Source: an uncultured Gammaproteobacteria bacterium (GTDB taxonomy: Bacteria; Patescibacteriota; Microgenomatia; CAYFQP01). Taken from it: DNA of 64,000 nucleotides. Made by a program: the position numbers and the translations under genes. The notes beneath the pieces were generated by a model, which made no database searches, was not told the origin of the DNA, and saw nothing but the letters and a program-made list of their open reading frames with translations. Location of the stretch: positions 65 through 64,064 of the forward strand of contig CAYFQP010000034.1 of NCBI GenBank assembly GCA_964345375.1, written 5' to 3'. Below, in pieces: positions 1 through 9,140 of the stretch; the first letter of the stretch is position 1, and each line of letters opens with the position of its first letter.

Positions 1-98
1 TAAAGACGGAGAGGTGATTGAGTTTAAGGCCAGTGGTTAATTGGCTATTTTTGTCTCCTTATTTACTCAAGCTAAATCAATGTGTTATACTTTTCCAG

Positions 99-380
99 AT
101 GAGAAAATACGAATTGGTCTTGATTATTAATCCTGATTTGAATGCTAGTAAGAAAAAAGAGTTGGTGGCTAAACTTAAGAAGATGATTGAGGGAGGGAAA
201 GGTAAGATTGAGAAAACCGATGAATGGGGGAAAAAGCAGTTTAGTTATCCAATTAAAAAATTGAAAGAAGGCGATTATCTTTTTTGGGAGGTTTCTCTTC
301 CTGAACAAGGCTTAGGAGAAATTGACCGGAAGTTGAGGTTAGAGACTGAAGTCTTACGCTTTCTTTTGGTGAAGAAATAA
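99..380 (+). CDS. rpsF: 30S ribosomal protein S6
   Basis: Translation MRKYELVLIINPDL...; the ORF-track start at 18 looks like a spurious extension, and an in-frame ATG at 99 gives the typical S6 N-terminus. rpsF-ssb-rpsR order is conserved. Confidence 0.88.
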   Translation: MRKYELVLIINPDLNASKKKELVAKLKKMIEGGKGKIEKTDEWGKKQFSYPIKKLKEGDYLFWEVSLPEQGLGEIDRKLRLETEVLRFLLVKK

Positions 381-434
381 TAGGAGAGGGGGTGAAAAGT
401 TTAGACTTAAGAGATTAGGATTTAAACGAGAACA

Positions 435-944
435 GTGGCAGTTAGGTCCTTGAACAAAGTTCAGTTAATTGGGAATTTGACTCGTGATCCAGAGCTGAGG
501 TATACCCCTCAGGGAACAGCTGTTTGTACTTTTGGGGTTGCCACTAACCGGCAATGGACAACGGATACAGGTGAGAAAAGGGAAGAGGCAGACTTTCATC
601 GGATAGTGGCTTGGAACAAACTAGCTGAAGTCTGTGCCCAACTTTTAACTAAAGGAAGAAAGGTTTACCTTGAGGGGAGATTACAGACAAGGAAATGGAC
701 GGCCCAAGACGGCTCGTCAAGACAAACAACAGAGATCGTCATTAGTGATATGATTCTTCTCGATTCTCGAGGAGCACCAACCGGAGAGATGGCTGAACCG
801 ACCGAAGAGGAAGAACCGTCTCCTTCGGTTGAAGAAAGTAAAGAGAAGAAAGCTGCGGTTAAGAAAAAGGCTGAAGAAAAGAAGCCTAAGAAACAAGGAA
901 AAACAATAGGAAAGAAAATCAAAAAAGGAGACATCCCTTTTTAA
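435..944 (+). CDS. ssb: single-stranded DNA-binding protein
   Basis: OB-fold SSB core (NKVQLIGNLTRDPELRYTPQG...), an acidic/Lys-rich linker and the conserved C-terminal DIPF tail. Sits between rpsF and rpsR. Confidence 0.9.
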   Translation: MAVRSLNKVQLIGNLTRDPELRYTPQGTAVCTFGVATNRQWTTDTGEKREEADFHRIVAWNKLAEVCAQLLTKGRKVYLEGRLQTRKWTAQDGSSRQTTEIVISDMILLDSRGAPTGEMAEPTEEEEPSPSVEESKEKKAAVKKKAEEKKPKKQGKTIGKKIKKGDIPF

Positions 945-961
945 ATTAGATAAGGAGTCAG

Positions 962-1207
962 ATGGTAAGAAGAAGAAGAAGAATTAAGAGGAGGGCAAGA
1001 CCGCCCGGGCAATGTTATTTTTGTCAGCAAAAAAAGGAACCGGATTATAAAAACCCGGAGACTTTGAAGCGGTTTATCAGTGATCGGGGGAAGATTTTTC
1101 CCAAATCAAGAACTGGCTTGTGTGCTAAACACCAACGTTCTCTGGCAAAACAGGTTAAAAGGAGCCGCTTTATTGCTCTCTTACCGTTCATGGTAAAGGC
1201 CGATTAG
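962..1207 (+). CDS. rpsR: 30S ribosomal protein S18
   Basis: Arg-rich N-terminus, CYFC motif, [22 protein letters not shown] typical of S18. Confidence 0.9.
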   Translation: MVRRRRRIKRRARPPGQCYFCQQKKEPDYKNPETLKRFISDRGKIFPKSRTGLCAKHQRSLAKQVKRSRFIALLPFMVKAD

Positions 1208-1211
1208 TTTA

Positions 1212-1997
1212 ATGAAATTAACTGCTCCCCAGATAGATTCAGGCGAAGCGAAGATTGGAATCCCTCTTCCTTCTGGAACCAAATTAGATTGTCAAGAGGG
1301 TGATGAAATAGCCGAAGATGAAGTCCTTGGCCAGGTTGTTTCCAAAGGCGAGATTAAAGAGTATGACTTGGCTAAAATCCTGAAAGTTAATCCCAAGAAA
1401 GTCCAAAAATTTCTTCTTTGTTCTTTGGGTAGTGAAATTAAAACCGACCAGTTAATCGCTGAGAAAAAGTCTGTTTTTGGTTCAGTTTCTTTTAAATCTC
1501 CGGTCAGTGGTCTGGTTGAAGCCTTGACTGAAAAAGGAATTTTGAAAATCAGAATCACTGGTGGCAAAATTAATATCGAAATGCCGGTTAAAGGAGAGAT
1601 TGAGAAAATTTCTTCAAATTCAATGACAATTAAATTTCCAGCCATAATTTTAAAGGCAACTAAAGGGTTGGGAGGAGAGGCTTGGGGAACTCTAAAACTT
1701 TTAGGTGAAGATGGGAAGAAAACTGACTTCAATCAGTTGGGAGATGATGTTAAGGGTAAGATTTTGGTTATTCCTGGTAAAATTAATCAGGCCTTATTCC
1801 ACAAAAGTGAGGCCTTAGGAGCTGTTGGTCTGGTTGGCGGCGAGTTTGATCAAGAAGAAAGCGAAGAGCTGATTCTTTTAGAAGCCGGAGAAAAAGAAGG
1901 ATTGATTTCAGAAAAAATCTGGCAAGAATTGAGTAAATATCAAGAGAAAAAAGCCTTTATCTCAGGAGAAAAAAAGGAGTTAATTATTCCAAAATGA
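1212..1997 (+). CDS. hypothetical protein (occupies the position where rplI/L9 normally follows rpsR)
   Basis: 261-aa ORF tightly packed after rpsR; its stop TGA overlaps the next ATG (ATGA). No recognisable family; not L9-like. Confidence 0.5.
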   Translation: MKLTAPQIDSGEAKIGIPLPSGTKLDCQEGDEIAEDEVLGQVVSKGEIKEYDLAKILKVNPKKVQKFLLCSLGSEIKTDQLIAEKKSVFGSVSFKSPVSGLVEALTEKGILKIRITGGKINIEMPVKGEIEKISSNSMTIKFPAIILKATKGLGGEAWGTLKLLGEDGKKTDFNQLGDDVKGKILVIPGKINQALFHKSEALGAVGLVGGEFDQEESEELILLEAGEKEGLISEKIWQELSKYQEKKAFISGEKKELIIPK

Positions 1998-3253
1998 AAA
2001 TAAGAATTTCTTTAAAAAGGGTTAGGGTTATTATTCTAGTCTTGGCTTTAATCATTCTCGCTGGTGGTTCAGGTTACTGGTTGGGTCAGCGAGAAGTTAA
2101 GGTTAGTCTGAATAGATATCGACCCCAGGTAGAGATTAAGCGCCAAGTTCCAGTTGGTAAGGAAAATCTTGATTTTTCTCTTTTCTGGGAAGTCTGGGAT
2201 CGGCTCGAAGCTAGTTATCTTGACAAAGGCGCGATTGATTATTCGAAAATGATTGAAGGTGCTATCTCAGGGATGGTCGCTTCCTTAGGTGATCCTTATA
2301 CTGTTTTCCTGCCACCTGAAGAGAATAAAAAGTCAAAAGATGATTTGGCTGGCAGTTTTGAGGGTGTTGGCATGCAGCTTGGTTTTAAGGATTCTAAAGT
2401 GGTTGTCGTTGCTCCTTTAAAAGGAACCCCAGCTGATAAAGCCGGCGTCAAAGCTGGAGATATTATCAGCCACGTTAAAGATGGGGAAAAGGGGATTGAT
2501 CAGGACATCGATAGTATGCCCTTGCCTGAGGTGGTGACGATTATTCGGGGACCAAGGGGAATGCCAATCACGATTACCTTTCTTCGAGAAGGAATCGAAG
2601 AACCTTTAGAGATTACCATTGTCCGGGGAACAATCATTATTCCCAGTGTTGAAGTTGATTTTATTGAAAAAGACAACAAAAAAGTCGCTCATTTGAAATT
2701 AAGTCGTTTTGGTGACCGGACTGATCAGGAATGGCAGGCAGCAATTAATCAGATTGTTGGTGAAAAGACAAAGACTAATTTTAAAGGCGTGGTTTTAGAC
2801 TTGAGAAATAATCCTGGCGGCTACCTTCAGGGAGCGGTCTATATTGCCAGTGAGTTTTTAAGTCAAGGGGTAGTCGTTCAACAAGAAAAAGGTGGGAATG
2901 GTGGCACCGAGACGTTTTCCGTTAATCGCCAGGGAAGATTGACAGACATTCCCTTAATAGTTTTGGTTAACCAGGGCTCAGCTTCGGCTTCAGAGATTGT
3001 GGCTGGTGCTCTTTTTGAAAGAGAAAGAGCCGAGTTAGTTGGTGAGAAAACTTTTGGCAAGGGGACGATTCAAGAAGCTGAAGACTTAAGCGCTGGTTCA
3101 GGCTTACATATTACCATTGCTCGTTGGCTTTTGCCTTCTGGAGAGAACATTGATGGTCAAGGAATTAGTCCAGACTATGAAGTAGCCATGGACGAGACTG
3201 ACCAGACAAAAGACCCTCAACTTGACAAAGCAATCGAATTGTTGTCAAAATAG
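1994..3253 (+). CDS. ctpA: S41 family C-terminal processing peptidase (CtpA-like) with N-terminal TM and PDZ domain
   Basis: Motifs GVGMQLG (PDZ), NPGGYLQGAVYIASEF and GSASASEIVAGAL (S41 catalytic Ser region), KGTIQE. Confidence 0.85.
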   Translation: MKIRISLKRVRVIILVLALIILAGGSGYWLGQREVKVSLNRYRPQVEIKRQVPVGKENLDFSLFWEVWDRLEASYLDKGAIDYSKMIEGAISGMVASLGDPYTVFLPPEENKKSKDDLAGSFEGVGMQLGFKDSKVVVVAPLKGTPADKAGVKAGDIISHVKDGEKGIDQDIDSMPLPEVVTIIRGPRGMPITITFLREGIEEPLEITIVRGTIIIPSVEVDFIEKDNKKVAHLKLSRFGDRTDQEWQAAINQIVGEKTKTNFKGVVLDLRNNPGGYLQGAVYIASEFLSQGVVVQQEKGGNGGTETFSVNRQGRLTDIPLIVLVNQGSASASEIVAGALFERERAELVGEKTFGKGTIQEAEDLSAGSGLHITIARWLLPSGENIDGQGISPDYEVAMDETDQTKDPQLDKAIELLSK

Positions 3254-3257
3254 CCAG

Positions 3258-4427
3258 ATGCCTAAAATTAAACATTATCTTATTGGTTTCGCGATTGGAG
3301 TAGTCATCATTGTTTCTGTTCTTGGTGGGGCTATCTCTGATCGACTTTTTGGTTATCGAATTTTAGATAAATTTTTCCCTCGAACTGAAGAAGGTTTTCA
3401 TCTTCCAACTGAAACTCAGCGGATTCTTCGGGAAGAGTCAGTCGTTATTGAAGTAGCTGAGAACGTTTCACCTTCAGTGGTCACCATTGGTATTAGTAAA
3501 ACCCAAAGAGTCCTTGAATTTCCTACTTTACCTGGTTTTGAATCTTTTTTTGGCTTGCCTGAGTCTGGAACAAGAGAAGAAGAGATTGAGCAAGATATTG
3601 CTACTGGTTTTATCATCACTGCTGATGGCTTGATTGTGACCAACAAACACGTTGTTGCTGACAGCCAGGCAAGGTATCGGGTGATTGCTCAGGATGATAA
3701 GACGTATGAGGTTGAGAAAATCTACCGTGATCCAGCTAATGATATCGCTATTCTGAAGATTAACGCTTCTGGTTTACCACCAGTGGAGTTAGGCGATTCT
3801 TCTAATTTAAAAGTGGGTCAGTTTGTCATTGCCATTGGCACGGCCTTAGGAGAATTTCGCCACACCGTGACGACCGGAGTTATTTCAGGCTTGGGGAGAG
3901 GCATTACGGCTGGTTCACCCTTAGAGGGATATGTTGAAGAATTAGATAATGTTATCCAGACTGATGCGGCCATTAATCCTGGCAACTCGGGTGGACCTTT
4001 ACTCAATTCGGCTGGTCAGGTAATTGGTATTAATGTGGCGGTGGCTGCAGCCGGAGAGAATATTGGTTTTGCTTTACCGATTAACATTGTTAAAGAGTCA
4101 ATCAATAATTTTAACCAAACAGGCCAATTCAGCCGACCGTTTCTGGGTATTCGTTACCGGATGATTTCTCGAGAAGCAGCAATAATGAACGAAATACCAG
4201 AAGGTGCTTACGTCGCCGAAGTGATTACTGATTCACCGGCTGAGAGAGCCGGCATTCAAGCTGGTGACATTATTACCCACCTTGATAATCAGAGATTAGC
4301 TGAAGTTGAAGGTGGTTTAGCGGTTGTTATCTCCAAAAAGAAAGTCGGTGACTCAATTAGTATTACCATCTGGCGAGACGGAGAAGAAATCAAAACGAGT
4401 GCGGTTTTAACCGAGATGGAAGGTTAA
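3258..4427 (+). CDS. htrA: HtrA/DegP family trypsin-like serine protease with C-terminal PDZ
   Basis: TNKHVV (His), DIAILKI (Asp), GNSGGPLLNSAGQVIGIN (Ser) catalytic motifs; N-terminal TM; PDZ region ITDSPAERAGIQAGDII. Start placed at MPKIKHYLIG to avoid overlap with ctpA. Confidence 0.85.
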   Translation: MPKIKHYLIGFAIGVVIIVSVLGGAISDRLFGYRILDKFFPRTEEGFHLPTETQRILREESVVIEVAENVSPSVVTIGISKTQRVLEFPTLPGFESFFGLPESGTREEEIEQDIATGFIITADGLIVTNKHVVADSQARYRVIAQDDKTYEVEKIYRDPANDIAILKINASGLPPVELGDSSNLKVGQFVIAIGTALGEFRHTVTTGVISGLGRGITAGSPLEGYVEELDNVIQTDAAINPGNSGGPLLNSAGQVIGINVAVAAAGENIGFALPINIVKESINNFNQTGQFSRPFLGIRYRMISREAAIMNEIPEGAYVAEVITDSPAERAGIQAGDIITHLDNQRLAEVEGGLAVVISKKKVGDSISITIWRDGEEIKTSAVLTEMEG

Positions 4428-5122
4428 TTACGGCCTTGAAGTAGAGAAACAATCTTTTTGAGATCGCCACCGAGAACAGCATCTAAATTCTTCCAAGATT
4501 TATTTAGTCGGTGATCTGTTACCCGGTTTTGAGGAAAATTATAAGTCCTTATCTTTTCAGCTCGCATCCCTCGGCCAATGGCGGAGCGATAGTTTTGGAT
4601 TTCTTCTTCCCTTTCTTCTTCCTCTTTTTGGAAGAGTTTTGATCTTAAAATTTCTAAGGCAATTTGCCGATTTTGTTCTTGACTTCTTTCGGCTTGGGAG
4701 GTGACTGTAATTCCAGAAGGGTTGTGTTTTAATCTCACTGCGGTGGCTACTTTATTAACAAATTGACCACCAGGGCCTGAAGAGCGGAAAGTTTGGAGTT
4801 CTAAATCCTGGGGATTAATCTTAATCTTTGTTTCTGGGATTTCAGGTAAGACCGCCACGGTTGCGGTTGAGGTGTGGATTCGACCATAACGCTCGGTTTT
4901 CGGCACGCGTTGAACTCGGTGAACACCAGCTTCGGATTTTAGTTTTTTAAAAGCATCAGGGCCAGTGATTTTAATCACGCCTTCGTCAATTTCGCTGACC
5001 TGCCATTTTTGAGAATTGGCAAAGCGGGTATACATTCTTAATAAATCATCAGCCCAGATTTTAGCTTCATCACCACCAGCTCCTGGCCGAATCTCTAAGA
5101 TGACTTTATTGGAGTCTTTCAT
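4424..5122 (-). CDS. prfA: class I peptide chain release factor, RF1-type (PKT = PxT motif, GGQ), lacking N-terminal domain 1
   Basis: RVQRVPKTERYGRIHTSTATVAVLPE (PxT decoding motif), RSSGPGGQFVNK (GGQ), RTYNFPQNRVTDHR. Only 232 aa; the start ATG directly follows the rpmE stop (TAAATG), so there is no room for domain 1. Confidence 0.75.
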   Translation of the reverse strand: MKDSNKVILEIRPGAGGDEAKIWADDLLRMYTRFANSQKWQVSEIDEGVIKITGPDAFKKLKSEAGVHRVQRVPKTERYGRIHTSTATVAVLPEIPETKIKINPQDLELQTFRSSGPGGQFVNKVATAVRLKHNPSGITVTSQAERSQEQNRQIALEILRSKLFQKEEEEREEEIQNYRSAIGRGMRAEKIRTYNFPQNRVTDHRLNKSWKNLDAVLGGDLKKIVSLLQGRN

Positions 5123-5482
5123 TTATTCTTTCTCTTTTCTAGCCTTTTTCTGAGGAGCGGTTTTCTTCTTCTCCTTAGTTAACATTTCCTTAAGAGTCTT
5201 GGGTCTGGCTTTTTCGGCTTTCTTTTCTTGAAGTTTCTTCAATCTTCTTCTTTCTTTTTTCTTGACATATTTTTTACCAGCCACTTTTTCTCTTTTAATT
5301 TGGAACTTTTCTACCTGACCAGCTTCATCAACATACTTCATTTCGCCAGTAAAAAAAGGATGACAATGAGAGCAGATTTGAACTTTAATTTCTGGTTCAG
5401 TTGAGCCGACTGTAAAAGTATGGCCACAAGAGCAAGTGACCTTAGCTTCTGGATACCACTGAGGATGAGTTTTAGTTTTCAT
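5123..5482 (-). CDS. rpmE: 50S ribosomal protein L31 with ~50-aa Lys/Glu-rich C-terminal extension
   Basis: MKTKTHPQWYPEAKVTCSCGH...CSHCHPFFTG L31 zinc-ribbon core (~65 aa) followed by a KKYVKKKERRRLKK... tail. Confidence 0.85.
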   Translation of the reverse strand: MKTKTHPQWYPEAKVTCSCGHTFTVGSTEPEIKVQICSHCHPFFTGEMKYVDEAGQVEKFQIKREKVAGKKYVKKKERRRLKKLQEKKAEKARPKTLKEMLTKEKKKTAPQKKARKEKE

Positions 5483-5497
5483 CTGGAGAATATTGTA

Positions 5498-6424
5498 TCA
5501 TTTCTTCGAGGCTCGAGCAAGCCTGCGAGGTTTATATTCACTGAGAAAAACACCCAAGGCAATAACTCCCGCGCCGAGGAGAAAAGGAAGAGTGACAACT
5601 TCTTTAAGCCAGAGGACAGCAAAGGGAGCGGCAAAAACTGGTTGAAGATAGGAGAAGATCGCTGACTCAGAAACTTCGATTTTACTGATGCCAAAGTTAT
5701 AAAGGAAATAGGCGAGAAGATAGGAGAGAATAGCCATGTAGCTGACGCCGAAAAGAGATTCGATATTAATAATGAGAGGTTTAAGATTTAAAATAGTTAA
5801 TCCCTGCTCCCAGATTGCTAGAGGAAAGAAGGTAAGCAGACCAACGATACCTGCCGAGGCGGTGATTACTAAAGGAGAGTGAGACTTCAAGTCATCTTTA
5901 GCCAAAAGGACATAACTTGTCCATTGAAGTCCAGCCGTAAGAATAAGAAGGTTGCCCAGTAAGTTCTCTTGGGCAAAAAAACCTTTTTCGAGAATGGGCT
6001 GGATAACAGTAATTAGAGCTCCAATGAGAACAGCCATGAGACCGATTTTTTCTAATTTAGTAACCTCGTCTTTGAAGAAAATTATTCCGCCAATGACAAT
6101 AAAAATAGGCGTGATTGAGGAGAGAAGGGTACCATCTAGAGCGGTTGTTCGTTCAAAACCGAGAAAAATCAGAGAGAGATTGATAGTTGTCGACATTAAA
6201 CCAAGAAAGAAAAGCTTGGGTAAATCTCGAAAAGAGATTTTGGATTTTTTCCAGAGATAGAAAAGAAGGGGTAAACAAAAGATAGCAACAAGAAGAAAAC
6301 GATAAAAGAGAAAAGTAAAAGGGGGTAGAAAATGAAGGGTGTATTTAATCACCGGTCCGGCAATCCCCCAGATAGCTGCTACAGTCAATAAAGCAATATA
6401 AGCCTGAAGCCTTTTCTTATTCAT
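5498..6424 (-). CDS. EamA/DMT superfamily transporter
   Basis: About 10 predicted TM helices in two EamA-like halves (AAIWGIAGPVIKY..., second half LQWTSYVLLAKD). Confidence 0.7.
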   Translation of the reverse strand: MNKKRLQAYIALLTVAAIWGIAGPVIKYTLHFLPPFTFLFYRFLLVAIFCLPLLFYLWKKSKISFRDLPKLFFLGLMSTTINLSLIFLGFERTTALDGTLLSSITPIFIVIGGIIFFKDEVTKLEKIGLMAVLIGALITVIQPILEKGFFAQENLLGNLLILTAGLQWTSYVLLAKDDLKSHSPLVITASAGIVGLLTFFPLAIWEQGLTILNLKPLIINIESLFGVSYMAILSYLLAYFLYNFGISKIEVSESAIFSYLQPVFAAPFAVLWLKEVVTLPFLLGAGVIALGVFLSEYKPRRLARASKK

Positions 6425-7686
6425 TACTTGGGTTTTTGGATGAGTTTTTCTAAGGTTAGGGTTTCTTGCTTTCCGCTTTTCATTTCTTTAACCGTTACCT
6501 CTTTTTTCTTAATCTCTTCCGGCCCGATGATAATTACATAAGGAATACCCTTTTTATCAGCATATTTAAGTTGTTTATCAATCTTTGTTTCTGGGTCAAG
6601 ATAGAGCTCGGTCGAGATGCCCGCTTTCCTTAATTGACGAGCAACTTCAATAGATTTTTCTAAATATTCAGCCGAAAAAATGGTCACCAAAACTTTAGTA
6701 GGAGTAGGAGAAAGATCTGGCCAGAGCTTTTGCTCTTTAATAACTTCACAAATTCTATCTAAGCCAAAGGAGACACCAGTGGCGGGGATCTTGGGGCCTC
6801 CTAGGTCAGCAATCAATTCATCATATCGTCCTCCGCCGACGACAGAGCCAATTTTTGGCTTTTCTACGATTGCTTCAAAAATTGGACCCGTATAGTAGTC
6901 AAGACCTCGGACTAAAGTAGGATCAAATTGGTAGAATTTCTTATCTAAACCAAAACTCTTTAAATAATTAAAGAGGAGTTTCAAATTCTGATCAGGTTTA
7001 ACTTCAGAGATAAGCGAAAAAAGTTTTTCAATTTTATCTTGAGAAAGTTTAATCTTTATTAGTTCTTCTTTAACTTTTGCTTGGCCAATTTTTTCTAATT
7101 TGTCTAAGATTCGGATAACTGCCAATTGCTTTTCTGTTTGAGAGATGCCGATTTTCTTAATCAAATCAAAAAGGATTTGACGGCTATTAATTTTAATGAC
7201 AAATTCTTTAAAACCGAGGTTTTTTAAACAGTTATAAATAACAGCAATGATTTCAGCATCGGCTAGGGGAGAGAGAGAACCGAAAGAATCAATATCGCAT
7301 TGGGTAAATTCTCGGTATCTACCTTTCTGGGGTTTTTCTGCCCGCCAAGTGGTCTGGATTTGATAGCGCTTAAAGGGTAGGGGAATTTGGCCTTGATATT
7401 GGGCCAAGACTCGGGAAACAGGCACAGTTAAATCATATCTTAAACCAATTTCTCTGCCACCTTTATCTTTAAAAGTGTAAACTAATTTCTCTGTCTCTTC
7501 ACCAGATTTTTCAAGTAGTGTTTCCGCATATTCTAAAGCTGGTGTTTCTAAAGGTTCGAAACCATATGATTCAAACACCTCTTTCAAGATTTTAATCACT
7601 CTTTGGCGAATAACCATCTCTTCAGGCAAAAAATCCCGAAAACCTTTTAGGGTTTGAGGCTTAATTTTTTTCATTGTTTTAATCAT
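6424..7686 (-). CDS. hisS: histidyl-tRNA synthetase
   Basis: LKGFRDFLPEE, class II motifs (FRAEKPQKGRYREFTQCD, GGGRYDELI), C-terminal anticodon-binding domain. Confidence 0.9.
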   Translation of the reverse strand: MIKTMKKIKPQTLKGFRDFLPEEMVIRQRVIKILKEVFESYGFEPLETPALEYAETLLEKSGEETEKLVYTFKDKGGREIGLRYDLTVPVSRVLAQYQGQIPLPFKRYQIQTTWRAEKPQKGRYREFTQCDIDSFGSLSPLADAEIIAVIYNCLKNLGFKEFVIKINSRQILFDLIKKIGISQTEKQLAVIRILDKLEKIGQAKVKEELIKIKLSQDKIEKLFSLISEVKPDQNLKLLFNYLKSFGLDKKFYQFDPTLVRGLDYYTGPIFEAIVEKPKIGSVVGGGRYDELIADLGGPKIPATGVSFGLDRICEVIKEQKLWPDLSPTPTKVLVTIFSAEYLEKSIEVARQLRKAGISTELYLDPETKIDKQLKYADKKGIPYVIIIGPEEIKKKEVTVKEMKSGKQETLTLEKLIQKPK

Positions 7687-7721
7687 ATCATAGACTTCTC
7701 AAATCTTAAAAGCTTTTTCAT

Positions 7722-9059
7722 TTAACTTCTTTCATTATACAAGACATAAATTTTCGGGAAGGGATCGAAACCCTTAGATTTCAAACCAGCATCTATAGTT
7801 GAATTGCGACGGGTTGATTCGTTCCAGGCGATGATCACATTATCACCAAGCATTTCCCTGATTATTAGTCCCTCAGCCGCATATTGACGAATGTATAATT
7901 TGGAAAAAGATTCGAGAAAGGGTTGAAGTTCAGGGCCAAAGGTGGAGCTTTTAGTAATAATTTCCATTTCGGTATCGACAATGTTTTGAGGAAGAAATGG
8001 TAGGAGCTCTTCGATTGAGATATCATCAAACAATCGAATTAATCTTCTGAAACGCTCTTTACCGAGGAATTCGGAAACGGTCCAAACAATAATCTTCCCC
8101 TTGCCCAGTTCTCTGTTAAGGCGCTCCTGGACGTATCTTGCGTAGCTCGCTATTTCTTCCATTGTTTTTTGTTCACCGTCTTTTTTCAGGCAATAAGGAT
8201 ATAGACAATAGGGATTATCGTCGGCCACAAGCTTGAGGTACAAAAAAGGAACCCCTGTTCTTTCAAATGCTCTAATAAGTTTTTTTTCAAGATTGAGGCG
8301 AGGAAGGAGGAGGTAGTCCTTCTCAAAACCTGCCTTTTGATTTATTCCTAGATAACTCCTCCATATACCCGAGGCGTCAGGAGCCAGTTTCCTTGGGGTA
8401 CTGGCTGGACAAATCCAGTTTATTACTATGAAGGGATCTCTGGTTAAAACCGCTTGAGTAGCGAGCTCTTTAATTTTAGAAGGCCTTTGTGGAGACATAA
8501 CTGATGAGGAACTGAGAATATCGAGTAGTTTGCTGCTCTTCTCACCAGCCTCTTTCATTCCTTGTCTGGTAGCCTTTATCTGAGGGCCCCTGGCTTTACT
8601 CATCCATCTAATTTCAAATTTTCTTTTCATTTCGTCACGAGCTTTTTTCCTTCCTTGACTCTTCTGTTCAGAGACTTCTTCATCGCTTTTAAGTCGAAAC
8701 CTTACTCTTTCCATTTGATATTTTGCTGTTAAGTTATCAGCTTTTCTTCGTGTTGTTTTGGGTACTGAAGAATTAGGAAATTGAGGTCTCCTTTGAAATC
8801 TCTGTCTTTCTTTTTGAATTCCACTGATAATTTTATCTCTCCTTTTAGAGGGAGAGGGGGTTTGGACCTCTTTTAGCCATTTTCTAGGATCTTGATTGAC
8901 CAATCCAATTGGGGAAGCGATTGAATCTGGTGAAATGAGGTATTTTATGACCGGCATTGGTGGCAAGCCAGTGATTCGACACATTTCTAATACCATAAAT
9001 GTTGGTGATATCATTCCAGCCTCAAACCAACGGTTGGCCTCTTCATTTATTGTTTGCAT
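7722..9059 (-). CDS. hypothetical protein; highly basic low-complexity N-terminal half, conserved-looking C-terminal half
   Basis: 445-aa ORF between hisS and tRNA-His; no recognisable motifs. Confidence 0.45.
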   Translation of the reverse strand: MQTINEEANRWFEAGMISPTFMVLEMCRITGLPPMPVIKYLISPDSIASPIGLVNQDPRKWLKEVQTPSPSKRRDKIISGIQKERQRFQRRPQFPNSSVPKTTRRKADNLTAKYQMERVRFRLKSDEEVSEQKSQGRKKARDEMKRKFEIRWMSKARGPQIKATRQGMKEAGEKSSKLLDILSSSSVMSPQRPSKIKELATQAVLTRDPFIVINWICPASTPRKLAPDASGIWRSYLGINQKAGFEKDYLLLPRLNLEKKLIRAFERTGVPFLYLKLVADDNPYCLYPYCLKKDGEQKTMEEIASYARYVQERLNRELGKGKIIVWTVSEFLGKERFRRLIRLFDDISIEELLPFLPQNIVDTEMEIITKSSTFGPELQPFLESFSKLYIRQYAAEGLIIREMLGDNVIIAWNESTRRNSTIDAGLKSKGFDPFPKIYVLYNERS

Positions 9060-9140
9060 AATGATTTGATTATAATCCGGGGTGAACCCACCCCCGTTTA
9101 GATTCTTTCATTTTCCTCCTTTGGAATGTCAAGCGTTTCT

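Noticed and set aside
72-1732. Antisense and alternate-frame ORFs overlapping rpsF, ssb and the 261-aa gene (72-308 -, 665-934 -, 1292-1732 -)
   Set aside because: They lie entirely inside well-supported genes on the opposite strand and have low-complexity translations with no motifs. Typical spurious ORFs.
4424-5482. Possibility that the short release factor results from a programmed +1 frameshift (as in prfB) or a missing upstream exon
   Set aside because: The motif is RF1-type (PKT), not SPF. The start ATG is immediately preceded in-frame by the rpmE TAA, and the 162 nt of the rpmE tail are too short and unlike RF domain 1.
7722-9059. Considered whether the unknown gene next to tRNA-His could be a Thg1-like tRNA-His guanylyltransferase
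   Set aside because: No sequence resemblance to Thg1, and the tRNA-His gene already encodes G-1, so no such enzyme is required.
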